From contig CALDYW010000031.1 in the NCBI GenBank assembly GCA_937944395.1, forward strand, positions 1 to 56,688: 56,688 bases of DNA, read 5' to 3'. This stretch comes from an uncultured Rhodobacteraceae bacterium. Its GTDB lineage: Bacteria; Pseudomonadota; Alphaproteobacteria; Rhodobacterales; Rhodobacteraceae. A model generated the notes under the pieces. It searched no databases and was not told the origin of the DNA. It saw nothing but the letters and a program-made list of their open reading frames with translations. Position numbers and translations under genes: made by a program. Numbering within the stretch: the first letter of the stretch is position 1; every line of letters begins with the position of its first letter. Positions 50,548 to 56,688 of the stretch are shown here, piece after piece.

Positions 50548-52656
50548 TCATTCGGCGGCGATGGTGATCACGGGCTCCATGCCCGCCAGCACTGCGGCGG
50601 GCAGGTGGCACTTGATCTGGTGGCCGGGCGCGAGGGTGCGCATCGGCGGCACCTCGCGCTCGCAGAGCCCGCCCGCCACCTCGTGCTTCCAGCGGCAGCG
50701 CGTCTGGAACGGGCAGCCGGGCGGGGGATTCATCGCCGAGGGGATCTCGCCCTCGAGCACGATGCGCTTCTTCCGCACATGGGTGTCGGCGATCGGCACC
50801 GCCGACAGCAGCGCCTCGGTATAGGGGTGGTAGGGGGGCGAGAACACCTGATCGGTCGAGCCGATCTCGACCACATGGCCGAGATACATCACCATCACCC
50901 GGTCGGACAGATAGCGCACGATGCTGAGGTCGTGGCTGATGAACAGCAGCGTCGTGCGGTTCTTGCGCTGGATCTCCATCAGAAGGTCCGTGACCGCGGC
51001 CTGCACGCTGACGTCGAGCGCGCTCACCGGCTCGTCGGCGACCACGATCTTCGCCCCGCCGGCAAAGGCACGCGCGATGCCCACCCTCTGCTTCTGCCCG
51101 CCCGAAAGCTGCCGCGGCATCCGGGTGGCGAATTCGCGCGGCAGTTTCACGAGGTCCAGAAGCTCCAGCATCCGCGCCTCGCGCTCGGCGTCGGTCCGGC
51201 CCTCGCCGAAGACCTCGAGCGCGCGGATGATCTGGCGGCCCACGGTCATCGAGGGGTTCAGCGTGTCGAACGGGTTCTGGAACACCATCTGCACCGACCC
51301 CACGGTTTCGGGGCTGCGCTTCTCGATCGGGGTGTCCTGGATCTCCTGGTTGTAGAGCAGGATCCTGCCCGAGGTCGCGGTCTCGAGCCCCATCAGCACC
51401 TTGGCGAAGGTGGACTTGCCGCAGCCCGATTCGCCGACGATGGCGAGCGTTTCCCCTTCGCGCGCCTCGAAGCTGAGCGTCTCGTTGGCCTTGACGACCT
51501 TGCGCGCGCCCCCGCCGAAGAGCCCCCCCGAGACCTCGTAATACTTCCTGAGGTCGTCCATCCGCAGCACGACATCGCCCACCGGCACCTTCTCGCCCGC
51601 CCGCGCCGCCTTGGCCGGCGCGCTCCAGTCGATCTCGGCAAAGCGCAGGCATCGCGTCGCGTGCCGGTCCTGGCCGGGAACCTCGAACATCGGCACATCG
51701 GCGGCATCGCAGCGCCCGGCCACGAAATGGTCGCAGCGGGGCCCGAAGTTGCAGCCCTGCGGGCGCTCGTGCGGCAGCGGGAAGTTGCCCGGAATCGCGA
51801 CCAGCGGGCGCGTCGTCTTGTCGGCCCCCGGCAGCGGGATCGAGCGGAACAGCGCCTGGGTGTAGGGGTGCCGCATCCGGTCGAACACGTCGGACACCGC
51901 CCCGGTCTCGACCGCCTCGCCGGAATACATCACGCAGATCCGGTCGCAGACCTCGAGCACGAGGCCGAGGTTGTGGCTGATGAACAGCATCGAGGTGCCG
52001 TACTTGCGCCCGAGATCCTTCACAAGGTCCACCACCGCCGCCTCGACGGTGACGTCGAGCGCCGTGGTGGGTTCGTCGAGGATCAGGAGCGCGGGCTTGG
52101 ACATCAGCGCCATGGCGATGACGATGCGCTGCTGCTGTCCGCCAGAGAGCTGATGCGGATAGGCATTCAGGATCCGCGCGGGGTCGGGCAGGCGCACGTC
52201 GGAGACCACCTCGAGCGCGCGCGCGCGCGCCTCTGCCGCACCGATCCCCTCGTGGATCATCGGCACTTCCATCAGTTGCCGGCCGACCTTCATGGCCGGG
52301 TTGAGGCTGGCCATCGGCTCCTGATAGATCATGGCGATCTCCTTGCCGCGGATGTCGCGCAGCTCGGTGTCGCCCAGCGTGGTCAGGTCGCGCCCCTTGA
52401 AGCGGATGCGCCCGCCGACGATCCGGCCGTTCTTGCCGAGGTCGCGCATGACGGCGAGCGCCACCGTGGACTTGCCGCAGCCCGATTCTCCCACCAGCCC
52501 CATCGCCTCGCCGGGCATCACCGTGCAGGAGAAGTCCATGACCGCGGGGATCTCGCGCAGCCGCGTGAAGAAGCTGATCGAGAGGTTCTCGATCTCGAGG
52601 ATCGGCGCGGCTGCCGTTCCCGGCTCGGCAGCGGGGTGCGGGGCGGGGTCAGTCAC
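50548..52656 (-). CDS. fused double ATP-binding protein of a Dpp/Opp-type ABC importer
   Basis: Two complete ABC cassettes: GESGCGKST...LSGGQQQRIVIAMA...ILDEPTTALD, and GESGCGKST...LSGGQKQRVGIARA...VADEPVSALD. Each is followed by the oligopeptide-type C-terminal motif. Confidence 0.9.
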   Translation of the reverse strand: MTDPAPHPAAEPGTAAAPILEIENLSISFFTRLREIPAVMDFSCTVMPGEAMGLVGESGCGKSTVALAVMRDLGKNGRIVGGRIRFKGRDLTTLGDTELRDIRGKEIAMIYQEPMASLNPAMKVGRQLMEVPMIHEGIGAAEARARALEVVSDVRLPDPARILNAYPHQLSGGQQQRIVIAMALMSKPALLILDEPTTALDVTVEAAVVDLVKDLGRKYGTSMLFISHNLGLVLEVCDRICVMYSGEAVETGAVSDVFDRMRHPYTQALFRSIPLPGADKTTRPLVAIPGNFPLPHERPQGCNFGPRCDHFVAGRCDAADVPMFEVPGQDRHATRCLRFAEIDWSAPAKAARAGEKVPVGDVVLRMDDLRKYYEVSGGLFGGGARKVVKANETLSFEAREGETLAIVGESGCGKSTFAKVLMGLETATSGRILLYNQEIQDTPIEKRSPETVGSVQMVFQNPFDTLNPSMTVGRQIIRALEVFGEGRTDAEREARMLELLDLVKLPREFATRMPRQLSGGQKQRVGIARAFAGGAKIVVADEPVSALDVSVQAAVTDLLMEIQRKNRTTLLFISHDLSIVRYLSDRVMVMYLGHVVEIGSTDQVFSPPYHPYTEALLSAVPIADTHVRKKRIVLEGEIPSAMNPPPGCPFQTRCRWKHEVAGGLCEREVPPMRTLAPGHQIKCHLPAAVLAGMEPVITIAAE

Positions 52657-53809
52657 GCAAGGATTCCTCCCTCAGGCCGTCGGCAAGAAGGTTCAGGCCC
52701 AGCACCAGGCTCATCAGCGCCAGCGCCGGCACCAGCGCCGGATGCGGGAACACCGACAGAAGCCGCCGCCCCTCGTTGATCGTCGATCCCCAGTCGGGGC
52801 TCTCGGGGCTGACGCCGAGGCCGAAGAAGCCCAGCGTGCCGAGAAGGATGGTCGTATAGCCGATGCGCAGGCAGAAATCGACGATCAGCGGGCCGCGCGC
52901 GTTGGGCAGGATCTCCCACAGCATGATGTACCAGGGCCCTTCGCCGCGGGTCTGCGCCGCGGCGACGTAGTCGCGCGTCTTGATGTCGAGGGTGAGGCCG
53001 CGGACGATGCGGAACACCGTCGGCGCGTTCACGAACACGACCGAGACGAAGACGATGAGCAGGTTCGCGGGCATCGAGATCAGCCCCAGGGGATCGGCAT
53101 CGAAGGCAAGCCCGGCGTAGAGCCAGAAGCCCACCACCAGCGTCACCGCCACGAGGACGTTGCGCTGCATCGGCGCGACCCGGTAGCGGCTGTTCCACAA
53201 GAGCACGAGGAACAGGATCGGCAGCAGGAACAGGACCGCCGCCATGATGACGGGGATCCCGGTCTCGACGATCTCGGGCGTCACCAGAAGGTAGAACAGC
53301 AGGATCACCGGGAAGGCCAGGACGAGATTGGCGAGGAACGACAGCACCATGTCGAGCGTGCCGCCGAAATAGCCCGCCGGCAGCCCCAGCGTGATCCCCA
53401 CCATGAAGGCGAAGAGCGTCGCCGCCGGGGCGATCTTCAGCACCTCGCGCGCGCCCATCACCATGCGGCTGAACACGTCTCGCGCGAGGTTGTCGCCACC
53501 CAGAAGGTAGTGCGGATAGCCCGCGAAGCCCTCGGGCAGGGGGGAGCCGAGCTTGGCGTTCTTCATCCCCGAGACCACGGCCAGCGGATCGTGGGTGGCG
53601 ATCATGCCCGCGAAGAGGGCGGTGAACACCCAGAACAGCACCATCCCGAGCCCGATCATGCCCACGGTCGAATCGAAGATCTTGCCGTAGAGGCCCAGCC
53701 GACGCTTGAAGGCGATCGAGATCGCGAAGGTCGCCGCCAGCCCGATCCAGACCGGCAGGAAGCGAAGGGCGATCCCCGCCAGTATCCCGCCCCAGCCGAG
53801 TGGCTCCAT
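52649..53809 (-). CDS. ABC transporter permease (DppC/OppC type)
   Basis: 386-aa polytopic protein with the motif AAQTRGEGPWYIMLWEILPNARGPLIVD. It overlaps the ATPase start by 8 nt. Confidence 0.85.
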   Translation of the reverse strand: MEPLGWGGILAGIALRFLPVWIGLAATFAISIAFKRRLGLYGKIFDSTVGMIGLGMVLFWVFTALFAGMIATHDPLAVVSGMKNAKLGSPLPEGFAGYPHYLLGGDNLARDVFSRMVMGAREVLKIAPAATLFAFMVGITLGLPAGYFGGTLDMVLSFLANLVLAFPVILLFYLLVTPEIVETGIPVIMAAVLFLLPILFLVLLWNSRYRVAPMQRNVLVAVTLVVGFWLYAGLAFDADPLGLISMPANLLIVFVSVVFVNAPTVFRIVRGLTLDIKTRDYVAAAQTRGEGPWYIMLWEILPNARGPLIVDFCLRIGYTTILLGTLGFFGLGVSPESPDWGSTINEGRRLLSVFPHPALVPALALMSLVLGLNLLADGLREESLRD

Positions 53810-53819
53810 GGCGTCCTCC

Positions 53820-54863
53820 TCAGGCGATCCGGATGCGCGGGTTGAGGAAGACGTAGCCGACGTCCGAGATCAGCTGCGTGACGAGCACGACGAACACCGC
53901 CACGACCGAACAGGCCAGCAGCAGCTCGATGTCGTTGTTTCCGGCCGCCTGCACCAGGGTCCAGCCGAAGCCCTTGTAGTTGAAGAGCGTCTCCACGATC
54001 ACCACGCCGTTCAGAAGCCAGGGGAACTGCAGCATGATGACGGTGAAGGGCGCGATCAGCGCATTGCGCAGCGCATGTCGCAGGACGATCGCGCCGAAGC
54101 TCAGGCCCTTCAGCCGCGCCGTGCGGATGTACTGGGCGGTCATCACCTCGGTCATGCTCGCCCGCGTCATCCGCGCGATGTAGCCGATGCCGTAGAGGGC
54201 GATCGTCAGCACCGGCAGGAAGAAGTTCTCGAAGGTCGGCCCGTCCATCGCCGAGGCGGCCGAGCCCTTGAACAGCTGGAACCCGGCCGGCGAGGCCAGG
54301 AACACGATGAACACCACCCCCGAGACGTATTCCGGCGTCGCCGTCGTGGTGATCGAGAAGGTCGAGAGCACGCGGTCGGTGCGCGAGCCCTCGCGCATGC
54401 CGGCCAGCACGCCGATGAGCAGCGAGGCCGGCACCATCAGCATCATCACCCAGAACATGAGGATCCCGGTCAGGCCGAGGTGATAGCCAAGCTTGTCGCC
54501 CACCGGCGCCTTGAAGAAGGTCGAGAAGCCCCAGTAGCCCTGCAGCAGGCCGCAGTAGGCCGGCGCCTCGGCCGGCACCGGCGCGCGATCGACACAGCGG
54601 CCGCGCAGGCGCCCGTCGGCCTCGGTATTGGTCCATCCCGGCACCACGCCCAGCCACTCGCCGTAGCGCACGAGGATCGGCCGGCCGTAGCCGTTGCGCT
54701 CGATCCAGCTGGCCACGTCGGCGTCCGACATGCGCACCGACGCCTCGGACTTGGCGAGCTTCTCGAGGTTCGGCGGCAGGTTGGTCAGGAAGAAGACCAC
54801 GAAGGTCAGGCAAAGCGCGGTCAGCAACATCGTGCCGCCCCGCCTGAGCAGGAACTTCAGCAT
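53820..54863 (-). CDS. ABC transporter permease (DppB/OppB type)
   Basis: MLKFLLRRGGTMLLTALCLTFVVFFL... and the loop YIRTARLKGLSFGAIVLRHALRNALIAP. Confidence 0.85.
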   Translation of the reverse strand: MLKFLLRRGGTMLLTALCLTFVVFFLTNLPPNLEKLAKSEASVRMSDADVASWIERNGYGRPILVRYGEWLGVVPGWTNTEADGRLRGRCVDRAPVPAEAPAYCGLLQGYWGFSTFFKAPVGDKLGYHLGLTGILMFWVMMLMVPASLLIGVLAGMREGSRTDRVLSTFSITTTATPEYVSGVVFIVFLASPAGFQLFKGSAASAMDGPTFENFFLPVLTIALYGIGYIARMTRASMTEVMTAQYIRTARLKGLSFGAIVLRHALRNALIAPFTVIMLQFPWLLNGVVIVETLFNYKGFGWTLVQAAGNNDIELLLACSVVAVFVVLVTQLISDVGYVFLNPRIRIA

Positions 54864-54954
54864 GGCGGGTTCAGTTCGTCGGAACGGCGCACCGGCGCGC
54901 AGGCGCGCCGGCGGCGGACGGCGGGAAGGGCCGGCGGCCCCTCCCGCCCCGGGA

Positions 54955-56607
54955 TCAGGACTCGATCCACCACTTGTAGTGGTGATGCTCGAAGGTCGGG
55001 TGCATGTCGGCTCCCTTCACGCCGGGCCGGTAGGCGCGGAACAGCTTGCGCCAGTAGGGCTGGATCAGCACGCCCTCGTCCTGCATGATCTGCTCGAGGC
55101 GGGCCATCACCACCCGGCGCTCGTCGGCATCGGCGATCGACATCGCCTTGGCCAGAAGGGCGTCGAACTCGGCATTGGCGAAGGCGGTCTCGTTCCAGGG
55201 CACGCCCGACTTGTAGGCGAGGGCGAGGATCTGAACGCCGAGGGGGCGCATGTTCCACTCGGTGGCCGAGAAGGGATACTTCAGCCAGTCGTTCCAGAAG
55301 GTCGAGCCGGGCAGGACCGTGCGCTTGACCTTGATCCCGGCGTCGCGCAGCTGCGCGGCGACGGCGTTGCAGCTGTTGGCCTGCCAGCTGTCGTCGAGCG
55401 AGATCAGCTCGAACTCGAAGTCGCCGAAGCCCGCCTCGTCGAGCATCCGCTTGGCCTCGGCCGGGTCCACCCTCAGCGGCGGCAGCTGCGCGTATTCGGG
55501 GTGGATCGGGCAGACATGGTGGTTCTCGGCCACCATGCCGCGCCCGTCGTAGCCGAGCTCCAGCACCACGGCGTTGTCCACCGCAAGCTGCAGCGCCTTG
55601 CGCACCACCAGGTTGTCATAGGGCGGCGAGGCCTGGTTGAACCGGATGGCGATGGTCGCCGCGGTCACCGCCTCGGAGATCTCCCAGCCGTTCGAGGTGT
55701 AGAGGTCGAGATAATCGCCCTCGGTGCGGTAGACCGCGTCGATCTCGCCCGACACCGCCGCGGCGAGAACCGCAGCCGGATCGACCCCGAGATCGATGTA
55801 CTCGATCCGGTCGAGCCAGGGCCCGCCGTAGACGGCCGTGCCCCACCAGGTGTGGTTGGGGTTGCGCACCAGCACCTGACGCACGCCGACCTCGTCCACC
55901 TCGGGAAGCCAGGCCCCGGTGCCGATCGGGTTCGCGGCCGGGTTGCCGTTGTCGTAGCTCTTGTGCACGACCGCCGCGGGATAGTCGGCCATGCCGACGA
56001 TCAGCGCGATGTCCGGGGCGGGAAGGGTCAGCTTCACCGTGAGCGGATCGAGCACGGTGATCGCGCCATCGCGCGCCCTCTTGGTGGTCTCGTCCACGAG
56101 GCCGCCCATCCGGCTCGCCATCGAGTTGCCCTCGACGGTGGCGTCGCACCAGCGGATGATGTTGTGGGCCACGTCGTCGGCGGTGAAGTCGTCGCCGTTG
56201 TTCCACTTCACCCCCGGCCGGACGTGCAGCAGGTATTCGCTCGCGTCCTCGTTGGCCTCCCAGCTCTCGAGCAGCATGCCGCGCAGCGAACCGTCCTTGT
56301 TGTATTCCACGAGATAATCGAGCCAGCCGCGGCAGAAGTTGGCGAGCTCCGACCAGTCCCAGACCCGGGGATCCTTGAGCGCACGGGTCTCCATGTTCAT
56401 GCGCAGGGTGCCCCCGGCGGTGGGTGTCGTCTGTGCGACCGCCGGCATGGGCGCGCCGATCAGGCTGTAGGCTGCGGCCGCCGAGACTCCGAGCGCGGTC
56501 GTCCGGGTCAGGAATTCGCGGCGGCTGAGCAGACCCGCCCGGACCTCCGCGGCGTACATCTTGGCCGCCGGGTGGACGGGCCCCACCACGGGCTTCAGGT
56601 GCATCAT
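54955..56607 (-). CDS. ABC transporter substrate-binding protein, family 5 (peptide/nickel/opine type) with Tat signal
   Basis: ...[34 protein letters not shown], then a family-5 SBP body. The ATG at 56607 lies 6 nt after GGGAG. Confidence 0.85.
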   Translation of the reverse strand: MMHLKPVVGPVHPAAKMYAAEVRAGLLSRREFLTRTTALGVSAAAAYSLIGAPMPAVAQTTPTAGGTLRMNMETRALKDPRVWDWSELANFCRGWLDYLVEYNKDGSLRGMLLESWEANEDASEYLLHVRPGVKWNNGDDFTADDVAHNIIRWCDATVEGNSMASRMGGLVDETTKRARDGAITVLDPLTVKLTLPAPDIALIVGMADYPAAVVHKSYDNGNPAANPIGTGAWLPEVDEVGVRQVLVRNPNHTWWGTAVYGGPWLDRIEYIDLGVDPAAVLAAAVSGEIDAVYRTEGDYLDLYTSNGWEISEAVTAATIAIRFNQASPPYDNLVVRKALQLAVDNAVVLELGYDGRGMVAENHHVCPIHPEYAQLPPLRVDPAEAKRMLDEAGFGDFEFELISLDDSWQANSCNAVAAQLRDAGIKVKRTVLPGSTFWNDWLKYPFSATEWNMRPLGVQILALAYKSGVPWNETAFANAEFDALLAKAMSIADADERRVVMARLEQIMQDEGVLIQPYWRKLFRAYRPGVKGADMHPTFEHHHYKWWIES

Positions 56608-56688
56608 CGTCGTCTCCCTGTGACAGTCGGTCCTTGGCGGGGCGGCAGGCACCCCCGCGACACCACCCCGCCCGGGGCATTCGGCACC

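Overview
This is a very GC-rich chromosomal segment; third codon positions are almost all G/C. Gene content looks alphaproteobacterial, of the Rhodobacterales type. All identifications rest on reading the ORF translations against family motifs I remember. No database search was run.

The window is mostly core or housekeeping genes:
- a TRAP transporter (binding protein plus small and large permeases)
- a CaCA Ca2+/Na+ antiporter
- acetolactate synthase ilvBN with an apparent leader-peptide attenuator
- B12-dependent ribonucleotide reductase nrdJ
- tRNA-Pro(UGG)
- two tandem RTX-type Ca-binding proteins
- a translationally coupled pair: a double cold-shock-domain gene and a DUF192 gene
- pdxH, fabI, gpt, an aminotransferase, ppiD and trpE
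- a serine-cycle-type malate thiokinase plus malyl-CoA lyase module (mtkAB-mclA) with a divergent LuxR-type response regulator
- an envelope cluster: DUF882/MepK-like peptidase, YcbB-type L,D-transpeptidase, an out-of-context LpxD paralog, a NodF-like ACP, a NodE-like KAS and IalB
- a HerA-like DUF853 ATPase, ugd and glk
- the alpha-glucoside locus aglR-aglEFGAK
- a Dpp/Opp-type ABC importer

No CRISPR array, rRNA, transposase or prophage is visible.

The points most worth a second look:
1. The lpxD-paralog/ACP/KAS trio, a possible dedicated route to an unusual lipid A N-acyl chain.
2. A 360-bp divergent intergenic region holding two intrinsic terminators, a 13-bp long-range inverted repeat, a CUUCCUCCC motif and a 21-codon ORF. 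This is a candidate sRNA or small-protein locus.
3. A heavily decayed GH1 beta-glucosidase pseudogene with a 17-bp tandem repeat, between aglR and glk.
4. A decayed inverted copy of the TRAP small-permease 5' end.
5. An RTX paralog whose conserved N-terminus lies upstream of any canonical start codon.

Many very long ORFs in the supplied track are antisense artefacts of the GC bias.
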